Source: Octopus vulgaris
Lineage: Eukaryota
Direction: 5' to 3'
DNA: 64,000 nucleotides
NCBI GenBank assembly: GCA_951406725.2
Contig: OX597831.1
Location: 68,076,001-68,140,000 of the forward strand
Below are positions 51,189 through 64,000 of the stretch, one piece after another. Made by a program: the position numbers and the translations under genes. The notes beneath the pieces were generated by a model. It was not told the origin of the DNA. It did no database searches and worked only from the letters and a program-made list of their open reading frames with translations. Position 1 is the first letter of the stretch. Each line of letters begins with the position of its first letter.

Positions 51189-51304
51189 TATATATATATA
51201 TATATATGTATATATGCATATATGTATATATGTATATGTATATATATATATGTATATGTATATATATATATGTATATGTATATGTATATATATATATGTA
51301 TATG

Positions 51305-51363
<59 letters not shown>

Positions 51364-51397
51364 GTATATATATATGTATATGTATATGTATATATAT

Positions 51398-51443
<46 letters not shown>

Positions 51444-51478
51444 TTGTATCTACCATATATATACATACACACTGACAT

Positions 51479-51516
<38 letters not shown>

Positions 51517-51941
51517 TGTTTCGAATTATTAACAATGTAACATTTTTTCATTTCATTTAAAAACTGCTGGCTGGAATTCAACAGAATTCCCTCAGAATGA
51601 TGGCAACAGTTATATGGCGTGTGTAAAAAAACATGAGGTCTTACACAAGAGCAAAACAAACCATGGCCATTCACATGCTTTTCACGAACTTTCAGTGTTC
51701 CAAATTATTAAAGCATGGTCTGATAATCGTGTAATTATGAATTGTAAATATGACTTAACTGCTTCAGAAAAATCTGTTATTACTTCTGGACTTTCAATAG
51801 GTAAATCAACATTAGAAATATCGAAAATAATTGGAGGATATCACCAGGCACAGGTGTGGCTATGTAGGAAGAAGCTTGTTTCTCAGTCACATTGTTCCAG
51901 GTTCAGTCCCACTGTGGGCCACCTTGGGCAAGTGTCTACTA

Positions 51942-53214
51942 TCAGGTCATCCCATGAGTTCTGTCCGATTTTACCTTTTTTAAAATTGAATGAAATTTAA
52001 TAGTATTTTAGAATGTCTAATGGAATTAAAAATTATTTTTATGCATTTGTGTACATTTAAACTAAGTAAATATTGTTTTACAGAATAATAGAATTAAAAT
52101 TTCTTTAATTAAAACACTTTCTAACATGGAACTATCGAAAGAGCATTTAAGACACATAATGTGTTATGAGCACAAAAAAGGAAACTCTCCAGCCAAAGTG
52201 ACTTGAAACATACACTCAGTTTATGGGAAAGAATGCTTGAATGAAAGAACTTGCGAAAGATGGTTTGCAAAATTCAGAAGTGGAGATTTCAGCCTTGAAG
52301 ATAAAGATCAAACAGAACGTCCAGTTGAGTTTGAGGATAAGCTCCTTGAGGCATTACTTGAAGAAAATCCTGCATTATTAGTTGAAGAATTGGCAATAAA
52401 GCTTAATTCAAACCATACAACTGTTCATCGTCATCTTCAACAACTTGGAAAGGCTCCTAAACTTGGAAAATGGGTGCCTCATGAATTGTCCGAAAGCAAC
52501 CACAGGTCATGAGTTGACATCTGCTCTTCTCTCCATTCTCGTGAACTCATTTCACCCTTTTTGGATAGACTTGTGATTGGTGACGAAAAATGGATCTTCT
52601 GTCAAAATGCTAAACATTGTAAACAGAAGCTTGGTAAAAGGGAAAAAGCTCAACCAGAACAAAGAAGGGAACTTCATAGAAAAAGTTCTTCTCTCTATCT
52701 GGTGGGATTGCAAAAGAGTAATTCACTTTGAATTGTTACCACCTAATGCGACAATCAATGACAGTCTACAGTCAGCAATTTGAACATTTGAATCAAGCTT
52801 TGAAAAAAAAAAGACCCGCTTTAGTGAACCGAAAAGGAGTGATGCTTCATCAGGACAATGCGTGAAAAATCACATCACAGAAGATCGAAGAGCTTGGTTG
52901 GGAAAAAAATTCCTCATCTACCCTATTCTCCTGACCTTGCTCTTTCAGAATACCATTTGTTTCATAGTTTACAGAATCGTTTGGGGGACATAAGTTTCAC
53001 AAGCCAGGAGGAGGTTGAAACTGACATTTCAGAGTACTTCGGTTTGAAATCAAAAGAGTTTTACATTGATGGGATTAAAAAGCTTGTAAATAGATGGAAG
53101 GAAGTCATAGATAATCAGGGAAAGTACATTGATGATTAAATTTCAATTAAATATAACATTTGATCACTTGTTTTCTTTATTCAAAATTCGAACTGAACTT
53201 ATGGGATGACCTGA
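51942..53214 (+). mobile_element. Full-length defective mariner (1273 bp)
   Basis: TA-tcaggtcatcccat...atgggatgacctga-TA; transposase 52126-53139 with WVPHEL, GDEKW, HQDN, PYSPDLA, plus stops and frameshifts. Confidence 0.92.
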
Positions 53215-53290
53215 TACTATAGCCTCGGGCTGACCAAAGTTTTGTGAGTGGATTTAGTAGACAGAAGCTGAAAGAAGCCTGTCGTATATA

Positions 53291-54472
53291 CAGGAGTTGG
53301 ACAAAATAATGGAAACACCTCGCATCATGGTTTTGAAATATCTATAAAATTGTCAAAAGCTTGTTAATTTTTATGTTTTTTTATTTATTATTAGTGTTGC
53401 TTAATATGTCTTGCTAAAATTGCTGTTTCTTTTTGGATATCATCTGAAAAAGGTAATTAAAATTCATTAAAATAATATATCTATTAGACTTTCAAAGTGG
53501 CCAAATCATTGGTGCTTGTATGGCAGGTGTTAGTATAATGAAAACAGTTGAAATGTTTGGTGTATCAAGAAGTACTGTCTTGAAAATAATGACAGCACTT
53601 GAGAAAGAAGGAAAAAACCTCTTCGTTGAAACAAAACTCCAGAAGAAAACCAGAACTTTCTGATAGGGACTGTCGGTCTTATGCAAATTGTTAGAAAGGA
53701 TCACTAAAGTACAGCTCCCAAAATTACTGCAGAGCTTAATGACCACCTCGAGAACCCTGTTTCCACAAAAATTGTTCACTGGAAGCTGCACAAAGCCGGA
53801 TTTCACAGGCTGCAATCAGAGAACCACTATGTTCAAAAACAAATGTTGCAAAGCATTTAGAGTGGAGTAAAAACCTACAGGATTGGTCCCTAGAGCAGTG
53901 GAAGAATGTTATTCTCTTGGATGAGTTATTCTTTTACCTTATTTCTGACCAACAGCCGAGTATACATATGGAGACAGCCAAAAGAAGAATTTGACCCAGA
54001 CTGCTTTCTTCCAACTGTTAAACATGGAGGAGGATTTGCGATGATCTGGGGCGGGGGGGGGGGGCTATATCTTGGAAATCCACTGGCCGAATGGTTTCCC
54101 TTCATGGCAGAATTAATAGTCAAGACTATTTAAGCATTTTATCTGATTGAATTCATCCTATTATTGCAGAACTGTGTCTGGAGGGAAACACAATCTTTCA
54201 GGATGATAATGCAGCAATTCACACTGCTAAAGTTGTTAGTTGTTACTGAATGGCACAAGGAACATTCTAGTGAAGTTGAACATCTTATCTGGCCACCACA
54301 GTCCCCAGATTTCGATATTATTGAACACTTATGGGGCATTTTAGAAAAGCAAGTAAGGAGTCGATATCTTCCACCATCATCACTACAAGAACTGGAGACT
54401 GTTTTAGCTGAAGAATGGACAAAAATCCCTTAGGAAACAATTCAAACTTTGTATGGGTCCATACCTCATACT
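53291..54472 (+). mobile_element. Tc1-family transposon, 3'-truncated
   Basis: TA-caggagttggacaaaataatggaaacacc; PTVKHGGG, FQDDNA, WPPQSPDFDIIEHLW. Confidence 0.85.
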
Positions 54473-55183
54473 GCAACTTAGTGATACAGCAAAACTGACT
54501 GATAGAATAAGTACTAGGCTTAGAAAGAATAAATCTGGGGTTGATGTCTTTGAATAAAACCCTTTTAGGTGGTGCTCCAGCATGGCCACAGTCAACTGAC
54601 TCAAACAAGTAAAAGTAAAAGAATAAACTGTGAGAAAATTTGTTACAGCTCCTATGGAGATACATAAGAGAGTCAACAATGGTCAGTCAAGGGTTGTTTC
54701 TCAATGTTCTCTGTCACGAATTAAGTGTGAAGCTGTAAAAACCCAGCTCTTACAAGTGGAGAACATTCTAAGCACATTGGCGAAACAATTGTGTCTAGAA
54801 CTATCCAATGTTGTCTTATGAAAATGGTCAGTAAACCAGTGACACCACTTAAAAGGTCTCCTTTGAGTAAAATACACATACTAAATTGTTTGAGATGGGC
54901 AGAAGATAACATGAAGGTTTGACTATTCAAAAGTTTTGATTATTATCGGAACTCATGCTATCCTTGATGGACCTGATTATTGGAGCAAAAGATGGGTTGT
55001 AAATGGACGAGATCATCATCGACACTTGAGATGCCATCAAGGAGGAGGAGGCATTATGATTTGGGTAGGTATTATTGGAGGTATTATGGTTGGTCCTTGG
55101 AAAGTGCCTGGCAGTGTTAAAATGAATGTGGATGCTTTATATAGGGTTTCTGATGGAGCACCTTGAACCATGGTTAACAAAAG

Positions 55184-55367
55184 CAGTGCTCTGCAACCTT
55201 TTCCCCTTGTGGTGTACTTATATTCTTTTCAAAATTCAACAGCACACCTGAACTAAAAATATAACTAAAAGTAAAGGGGAAAAAAATATATTCAGGTTAC
55301 ACTGCAGCACACATAGCATTGTCTCATGGCACACCAGTGTGCCATGGCATACGGTTGCAGAGCACTG
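55184..55367. mobile_element. hAT-like MITE inside the outer Tc1 transposase
   Basis: Perfect 15-bp TIR cagtgctctgcaacc / ggttgcagagcactg; no clear TSD. Confidence 0.7.
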
Positions 55368-55567
55368 TTCTAGATAACCATAATATTCATGCAAGATAAT
55401 GCACCCTCACACTCAGTGAAGAAAACTACAGAATATCTGCAACAATTAGGCTTCTGTGACCTTGGATGAGGAAGTGGCCTGCCTCTTAAACCCAAAGGAA
55501 AACTTGTGTAGTCTTCTGAAGTGATGAGTTTATGAGAATCAATGCCAATTTAAGAGCAAGGATGAAC

Positions 55568-55785
55568 TCATCATCATCATCATTATCATTTAACGTCCGT
55601 TCTCCATGCTAGAATGGGTTGGACGGTTCGACTGGGATCTGTGAAGCCAGAAGGTTGCACCAGGCTCCAGTCTCATCTGGCAGTGTTTCTACAGCTGGAT
55701 GCCCTTCCTAACGCCAACTACTCTGTGAGTGTAGTGGTTGCTTTTTCATGCCACAGGCACAGGTGCCAGGCGAGGCTGGCAAGTG
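55568..55785 (-). mobile_element. SINE-like family B
   Basis: Matches other B copies. Confidence 0.8.
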
Positions 55786-56299
55786 GCAAGCAAAAGTGGA
55801 TGTATCTCATGGTTTAACATCAGAGGAGATTCGTGTTCCATGGACCAGCACCTTTTCCAACTTATTTCAAACAAAGGCTCATACATCCCTTGCTAATTAC
55901 CTCACCTATCGTTTTTGAATGCTGTTTATTTGTTTATTTCTATTTCTCCCATCTTTATGATTATATGTGTTCATTTCAGTATGTACCTCAAACAATTAAA
56001 CTGGTATTTTCTTGTTTACATGAGTTTTAATTACAGCTTGCTAATAATTTGAAACAGCGAAAGTTTATGTAACTTTGGTAAATGGCCGTAGTTTCTGTGT
56101 TGTTCTACAGAACCTCATGCTTTTTACACACAATGTACATATAACTGTTGCCATCATTCTGCACTACTTCTGTTGAATTCCAGAAATATATTTAAAAAAA
56201 AAGATTTAAAAATGTTATGTCATTAATAATTTGGAACACAGTGAATATATATAACATTTCTGGTAGAATCCGTAAATAAATATGCACATTCATTTATAT

Positions 56300-56336
<37 letters not shown>

Positions 56337-56735
56337 CAACCTTCTTCCATATATAATTAACAAATGATGTTTAAAATAACATCATCTTAAATGTCTATGA
56401 ATTAAATCTACTGATGAAGTTAATTCCTCTTCAAAACTACTAATATTGACACAGACAACATTGAGATCAACATTCTGTGTATTCCTACTTTGATAACATG
56501 CATTTTGTCTAATTGGTTTAATGGATGTTTTGTTAATGTGTTGATATTATATTCAATTGAATTTCAAGACTAGATTATACACTTACTTTTTCTAATTTAA
56601 TTTAATCACCTCCAGTTAATGATTATTTTTGTTAAAATAACATTACAATTAATTCTCCGAGATGTTGACACTTGTCATTTGTAAAGTTTCCAGTGTTTCA
56701 GTTGAAAAAAGAAGAAAAACTGTTATACTGTTATA

Positions 56736-56897
56736 GGCGCAGGAGTGGCTGTGTGGTAAGTAGCTTGCTAACCAGCCACATGGTTCCGGGTTCAGTCCCA
56801 CTGCGTGGCATCTTGGGCAAGTGTCTTCTGCTATAGCCTTGGGCCGACCAAAGCCTTGTGAGTGGATTTGGTAGACGGAAACTGAAAGAAGCCTGTC

Positions 56898-56941
<44 letters not shown>

Positions 56942-57150
56942 ATGTGTGTGTTTGTGTGTCTGTGTTTGTCCCCCTAGCATTGCTTGACAACCGATGCTGG
57001 TGTGTTTACATCCCCGTCACTTAGCGGTTCAGCAAAAGAGACTGATAGAATAAGTACTGGGCTTACAAAGAATAAGTCCTGGGGTCGATTTGCTCGATTA
57101 AAGGTGGTGCTCCAGCATGGCCACAGTCAAATGACTGAAACAAGTGAAAA
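56736..57150 (+). mobile_element. tRNA-derived SINE family A
   Basis: Full-length copy. Confidence 0.85.
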
Positions 57151-58189
57151 AAAAAACATACACTACAAGCTTCACCTGCAGTTATGGAAATCTTGGTGGT
57201 CTAAATGAATCCCAAACCCAAATATTTGCTGATATAAGTGCTGCCAAACAATAATAATAATTCTTAACCAATTTTGTGGGAATGATAATAATTATTTTTA
57301 ATTTAAGAGCAAAGCTCAGTTTTAAAGAGAGGGTTTTAGTCAATACCTTTGATCCAAATATCTAACCATTATTTTTTTGAGCCCAGGGAGATCAATGGTA
57401 AAGTTGACCCTAGTAGGATTTGAACTCAGATGTTAGAAATCCAGAGTAACTGCCACAAAGCATTCTATCCAATGCTTTAATTATGCTGCCAATTCACTGT
57501 TTAAATCAGTTGTTCTCAACCATTTTCTTACCTATGGTACCCCTTTGATTTCTATTTTACTCTACTTGATCTCCATAGCCATTCAATGTATATAAAAAAT
57601 TCTTACTGTATTTTTATAATTAAATATTATTAGGAATTGCACTAAAAAAAATTTAATTATTTTGTGTATTGTAGAAGTATGAGCAATTTATTGCACATAT
57701 ATATTAACAACAAAATCTTGTATGGACACCAATGATCTCCATTGAAAACCATTGACGTAAATTACAATGACAAAAATAATATGCTTGAAAATTCGTTTGA
57801 AACATTGCAATACGTAAGCAAAATAGAGAGGTTTAATAAAACCTTATGGCAATGTGAGTGAGGAATAAAACAGAATAAGATATGGTGTTGCTTACAAATA
57901 ACAAATATGTCAAAATATTTAAAATTTCATTTTTAATATTTCAATAATTGGATTATCAAAAAATCCATTTTCAGTTAGTGTGAGAAAAGTTCTCTTACTC
58001 AGTTCATAGCCACCTCCATCTGTCTTCTGACAGAAAATTGCCTATTATACTGCTTTATAATTCAGCAGTTTTTATGTTAGTCCTTTCTATTATAAGTCCA
58101 ACCTGAAATTTATGTTACAAAGTATAGCAACATATAGGCACTTTTGTCTCAAAGTCAGTTTAAAGAAAACAAAAGTCCTCCATCAACCT

Positions 58190-58900
58190 GCACTACAACA
58201 AGAATACGTTTCACTTCACATCACCATTAGGGACAGTCAACCTGTTCACCTATCTGGGGTGCACCATCTTGTCAGATACCAAAATTGACATCAAACTGGC
58301 CAAGGCAAAGGGTGCATCTATCAGACTGTATAAAAGTGTCTCAGAAGAAAGAACTAAAATTGGTGTAATCAGAGTTGTCGTTCTGGCCACCCTCTTGTAC
58401 AGTTCAGAGTCATGGGTCACCTTTTAGCACTACCTATGACTCCTTGAGCGAGTCAATCAGTGATAGCTTCCCTCATCCTCAACAACCATTGGAGTGACCG
58501 TCATTAACATCGAGGTCCTAAAGAAGCAACTTAGCTGAAGACACGGCTCTGCTGGGCAGAACGTGTCACGAGGATGGAGGATCATCCACTTCCCATGATC
58601 ATCCTGTATGGTGAACTTTACTCTGGTCACCATGATTGAAGATGTACAAGTACTTCCTAAAGAAATCTCTCCACCAATGATCTGTTCTTGCCACTGACTG
58701 TGAAGCCTGGTATCTTACTGTCTTCTGGACTACAGCCTCCTTTATAGACACTCACAGGACCATACTTGCAGACAAAAGAGGGAAAGGAGGAAAAACAAGG
58801 TTTATAACAACCAGCCCTGATCAACTCACCTTCCCATGCAGCCTCTGCAGTCATGTCTGTTTTACCTGAATTAGACTCGTCAAGCATCAGCAAACCTTCA
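58190..58900 (+). pseudogene. RTE-clade LINE 3' remnant
   Basis: FTYLG..LS, TKIGVIRVVVLATLLYSSESWV, L.WAERVTRMED..LP..ILYGEL, terminal FPCSLC zinc-finger-like motif. Confidence 0.7.
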
Positions 58901-59013
58901 TCTGATGTGGACACCAAACTCCATAAATTATCACTTCACAAAGCCAAAGTGAGGTGTGTATGTATATATATATGTGTGTGTGTGCATGTGTGTGTATGTA
59001 CACACAAACACAC

Positions 59014-59046
<33 letters not shown>

Positions 59047-59611
59047 AAGAAATAGCAGATTTATTAGATACTGCTTGGTTGTGAGTGAAAATTTGACTGC
59101 TGGCAACTTTGCTTTTTTATGACTGCTAAGTTGATAGAATGTGTTTCAGTAACAATTCGAATGTAGACTTCAATGCTTCACTAGTGTCAATCAAGAAGTT
59201 AAAGCTACGGGAAAAAAGTTTTCTGTTTTAAATCAAAATTTAATTTTTATTCAAATTTTAGATTTTCATTTTTATTTTCAAATTTAGTTAACATTTTCCC
59301 AACACATGAATCATTGCTAATCCATTTAGTGAAAGAAAGAATGATAATTGGGATTCTTAGCAATATTTTTGATAGAATCCTGATCCATCGTTTTGTTATG
59401 GAGCAATGTTTTAACATTCTAATATCCTGTTTTTTCCAAACTCTTTTGAGTGATATTCTACTTTGTACAAGAAAATTACTTTCCATGAATAATAAAGAAG
59501 TTAATTTTGGATAATAAGGTATTTTCTTCGTAATGCAAGTTGAAGTGGGTGGGTTTTGTTTTCCAAAATCATTGTTATAAATCAGGGAGACGAAAACATT
59601 CTGGATTTCGA

Positions 59612-59803
59612 TCATCATCATCATCATCATCATCATCATTTAGCGTCCGTTTTCCATGCTAGCATGGGTTGGACGGTTCAACTGGGGTCTGTGAAGCTGG
59701 AAGGCTTCATCAGGCCCAGTCAGATCTGGCAGTATTTCTATGGCTGGATGCCCTTCCTAATGCCAACCACTCCTTGAGTGTAGTGGGTGCTTTTTACGTG
59801 CCA
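59612..59803 (-). mobile_element. SINE-like family B, 3' part
   Basis: Matches other B copies. Confidence 0.8.
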
Positions 59804-60778
59804 TAATTCTTTGCTACAAACAAGTAGGTTATTGTTATATGAAAACAGAAAGAATTACACAAAATTGTCTTTGAAACTACTTATAAGAAAATGAGAAGAT
59901 AAATGGTTTGAAAATCCCAAAGCAACAAGGGGTGAATACATTATCAAAGATAACCGTATAAGGTCAAATTATCATAATTCTCATACAAAGTAAAAACAAA
60001 TAAATCCAAATCAATGCAAAGTATAAAAAGGAGTCAAATCACAATTCATTTCTTTCTTTGTTCAGATAGTTCTAGAGAATATCTTTTTCACTTGTTTCTT
60101 TTTATCAAAAAACATCTTATTTGCTTTTTATCATTCTCTTTATAATTTCATATTATTTTTAATTAAAAATTATAGATTTAATATAATTTCTATAAAAGTA
60201 AAATAATATATGGCTTGATTAAAACAATATAGGCACATACACACATACACACACACTCTCACATGTGCACGTGTGTTTATGGATATATATATATATATAT
60301 AGTGTGTGTATGTATGTTTATACATATATATGCATATATATACCATATGTGTATGTATATATATATATGTATGTTTATATGTGTGCGTGGATATATATAT
60401 GTGTGTGTGTTTGTGTGTGTGTATACATATTTGTTATGGTAATAAAGCAACACTTGCAAGAGTTGTGTAGCAGAAGATACTCAGAAAAGATGCCAAACAT
60501 TTTGGCCCTTTACTCTTTACACTCTAAGGGAGCTGGTCACATCGAGGTCATGACTCTTGGATACCCCTCTGCTGCCACATTTTGTGAGACTATCAGCATT
60601 GTAATCTGCACCTTTCTGGGTAGCCAAGAGACCACTAAAGCCAAGATATCTTAGTTGCCATTACCATTTCAGTCCAAGAAACCATTTGAATGTAGAGTAA
60701 ATTGTTCCTTCCGAAGTTTGCTTCATTCCTTCTTGACTAAATCCAGTCAGCTGCAATTGCTGAAAGGGTTCAATGATC

Positions 60779-61238
60779 TTATGAAGAACTCAAAGCAGAG
60801 TTTTTCATAAGATAGTTGAAAGATTTACACACAAACACTTTTCCTTCAACTTCTATGTTCAAAATTTTGGCCTGGAAGCCACATGTTTTAGTCTTGTTGA
60901 TCCGGGTTTCTGCCATTCTGCTGTCACATGACATAATGACTTGAATTAGAATCTTTTGTTTTGATGAGTGTGAGTGGAGTACAATATCAGGGTTGTTGTT
61001 GCTCTTGATGATTTCTGAATGTGTTTTCCATCCTTGAAGTTCTGATGAGCACTCCCAGTCATCTCCCTCATCCAGTAGAACCTGTTTCCATAATTCAATT
61101 GATTCAGCTGTTTCAGACCACAATTGGTGGGACCTCTTAGGCTTCATCTTCTTCCTTGTAGTACAAATTGCATGTAAGATTTTTAAGCACTTGATTGTAC
61201 CTTCACATGTGCCTCCCTTAGGTTAGTGACACTTTGCA
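60779..61238 (-). pseudogene. Restriction-like endonuclease LINE remnant (NeSL/Hero/R2 group)
   Basis: CKVSLT*GR..RYNQVL then NPDIVL..KQKILIQV..NIEVEGKVFV, matching the RHN...PD...E...EVG.RGF pattern. Confidence 0.6.
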
Positions 61239-61286
61239 TGATGATGATGATGATGATGATATTGATGATGATGTTGATGATATTGA

Positions 61287-61321
<35 letters not shown>

Positions 61322-61490
61322 TACAAAGTGAGATAGGGGTTATGAGTGTAACCCACTATGGGATATCAGTTATCCAATATACTGCTAGTGAAGTACCCAA
61401 AAGGCAAATACATAAATGCTTATAATTGCAATGCAATTAATTCATTTATTGTATTAGATGGGCGAAGGTAAAATATTTTACCTCAAAATC

Positions 61491-61619
61491 ATAATACAAA
61501 TAAGAAAATGGAGGAACAGATTCCTTTCAATCATCAACTTACAGTAGTTAAATAATATGAATTGGTATTATCTGTAAGTTGATGATTGAAAGGAATCTGT
61601 TCCTCCATTTTCTTATTTG

Positions 61620-61625
<6 letters not shown>
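61491..61625. repeat. Perfect 54-bp inverted repeat with 27-nt spacer
   Basis: 61491-61544 is the exact reverse complement of 61572-61625; abuts (TA)n. Confidence 0.92.
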
Positions 61626-61659
<34 letters not shown>

Positions 61660-61894
61660 GAAATGTACAGAAAAACAAGATGAAGACAGGTGTATAAACA
61701 ACAAACAGGTGTATTAGTTCAACATATATATATTTATGTATATATGTAATATTTTGGACTAATGAGTATATGTCAGCTAGTGTGCTGATGTGTTGAGTAA
61801 ATCACTGGCACAGTTTGGGCTGTCTGATGCCATCCACAGTTGGGGTATGTTTCCTCTGAATCTACTTCAGGAATTCCCCAGTGTTAGTTGAAAT

Positions 61895-62240
61895 AATAAT
61901 TGATTAAATAAATAAAAGATGGAATTGGTTTTACTCTTTACTTTGTACGACAATCATTTCAACCTATCCTGCTACTGTCCTTTATAAGTGGAATGCTGTG
62001 TGCCATACTATGTTGCATCAATCTTGCAGTCTGTGTCACATATGAATGTACCTGATGTGACTCAGACTTGCATCAGTCTGTGTCACATATGAATGTACCT
62101 GATGTGACTCAGACTGCAAGATTGACCATATTATGGCACACAGCATTCCACTTATAAAGGACAGTTGCAAGAAGTCGAAACTGTCATCGTACAAAATAAA
62201 GAGTTATCCCAACTCTGTCATCTGTTTACTTAATTGATTA
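61895..62240. repeat. Fold-back element with hammerhead-like motif and central tandem duplication
   Basis: Inverted arms about 61895-62040 and 62103-62240; TGTAC-CTGATGt-GACT...AGTC-GAAA-ctgtca-TC-GTACA at 62094-62193; 47-bp period repeat at 62027 and 62074. Confidence 0.75.
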
Positions 62241-62326
62241 TATATATTTATATACACACACACATATATATATATGTACACACATATATATATTTATATA
62301 TGTATACACACACATATATATATATG

Positions 62327-62376
<50 letters not shown>

Positions 62377-62476
62377 CTAACAATATAGGATGAAGTCCCT
62401 TTCTCTACAGAAAAGGAATCCATCAGGAAGCGTGGTAGTATATTAAAAAAACCGTTACGGTTGAAGTATAAACATC

Positions 62477-62796
62477 ATATAATTAAGGGCTAAAGAGGGT
62501 TATTCTAAAGCCAATACACTGATTCATCCACTTATAATCCACTTGTTACAGGAGAATTGAAAATTTTAAATTTCATTTTTTTGCTTGCAATGCACAATGC
62601 AGCAATCAGGGTATCTTCAAATGGTTCACAAGTTTTTGAAATCTATCTTGATAAACAATCAGCACGTCCTAATTAATTAGATGGCATATAGTCCATCTTA
62701 AAATCATAGTTTATAATTCTCCTGTAACAAGTGGATTATAAGTGGATAAATCAGTGTATTGGCTTTAGAATAACCCTCTTTATCCCTTAATTATAT
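62477..62796. repeat. About 85-bp inverted repeat with about 150-nt spacer
   Basis: atataattaaggg...acaggagaatt versus aattctcctgt...cccttaattatat. Confidence 0.85.
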
Positions 62797-62799
62797 GAT

Positions 62800-62997
<198 letters not shown>

Positions 62998-64000
62998 AAA
63001 AAAGGTTTGAAAATGCAATTTAAACGATGTTTATTTACTTAACCGGTTTCACTCTTTGGTAAAAGATTGTCAAAAGTTACATTTAAGGAAACATTGAATA
63101 ATATGGGTTCAAAAAAGTTTTTTACATAATTGTCACATTGAATATTATGCATTCAAAAAAGTTTTTTACATAATTGTCACATTGGATATTATGAATTCAA
63201 AAATGTTTTTTTATACAAAATTGTCACATTACATGTATAAATATAGTGTTTGGTAACAGAGAAGTTCAATAGTGTGATGAGAATATTTGGAAAAATTGGC
63301 AGAAAAGGATAAAACAAATATATTATTGGAAATTTGGTTGCGTTAATTATTGGTTGTCGCAAATTGTCACATTACATGTATATATATATATACAGTCTTT
63401 GGTATATATATACAATATTTTGACAGCAAAAATTAAAATGGATTTTTTATACATCTCAGAATATTTTAAGTTGAAGGCGAGAATGTGTTGTTACTAACCT
63501 GTTTGTTTTAGCAGAAAGGTTGAATTGAGAGGAAAAAGGTTGTACCCAGTGTGGTGTATACTCCCCGTCAAGCATCAATGGTTTTGGGGTTATCAGGAGG
63601 TTAGTATGCCTGCTGGTCAAGCAGCGTCTGTTTGTCACACACATATATACACACACACACACACACACAACAACACACACACACACACATAGTATACAAA
63701 CACACACCACATACACACAACACACAAATATAACATGTATTTATATATAATATACACACACATATATATATAACATACATACACACACAACACACACACA
63801 CACACACACACACAACACACGCACACATCCATACATAATATAAATATCACACAAATACACCTAGCATATATATACACATACAATATACAGATACAGTATG
63901 TATATAATACACATACACAATATATGCATGCAATATACGTACGCAATACATACATATAATATATATATATATATAGACAATGCATATACATATATACATG

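Larger units (their letters stand above)
51846..54626 (+). mobile_element. SINE family A-related copy split by two DNA transposons
   Basis: Head 51846-51941, middle 53215-53290, tail about 54477-54626. Confidence 0.75.
51512..56243 (+). mobile_element. Outer Tc1-like transposon with about 200-bp IR/DR ends, carrying nested insertions
   Basis: Arms 51512-51710 and 56042-56243 inverted, each with outer and inner tgttccaaattatta-like repeats; transposase remnants DLTASEKSVI..STLEISK, LDGPD, QGGGGIMIW, IFMQDNAPSH. Confidence 0.8.

Overview
AT-rich, microsatellite- and repeat-saturated animal genomic DNA. The SINE families and overall make-up suggest an octopus or other coleoid cephalopod, but this is inference only. 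No host gene can be identified with confidence, and most short ORFs in the track are microsatellite or SINE translations. The centre (27.6-41.8 kb) is a nested complex: a probable non-autonomous Helitron holds two head-to-tail L1/Tx1-type LINEs on the minus strand, and the left LINE is internally deleted and interrupted by a full-length CsRn1-clade Ty3/Gypsy element (CHCC gag, tRNA-Trp PBS, UUUAAAC -1 frameshift site, AGCT target duplication). The most unusual signal is a 42-bp repeat at all three LINE junctions. It overlaps both the poly(A) signal and the predicted internal-promoter start, giving a U3-R 'mini-LTR' arrangement in a non-LTR element. Also present: about eight intact or decayed minimal hammerhead-ribozyme motifs in Penelope-like and fold-back repeats (one pair brackets a tRNA-derived promoter), a Penelope GIY-YIG remnant, a multi-level Tc1/SINE/mariner/Tc1 nest at 51.5-56.2 kb, MITEs (one family carrying TTAGGG repeats), several large palindromes, four SINE families and old LINE remnants (RTE, NeSL/Hero-like).
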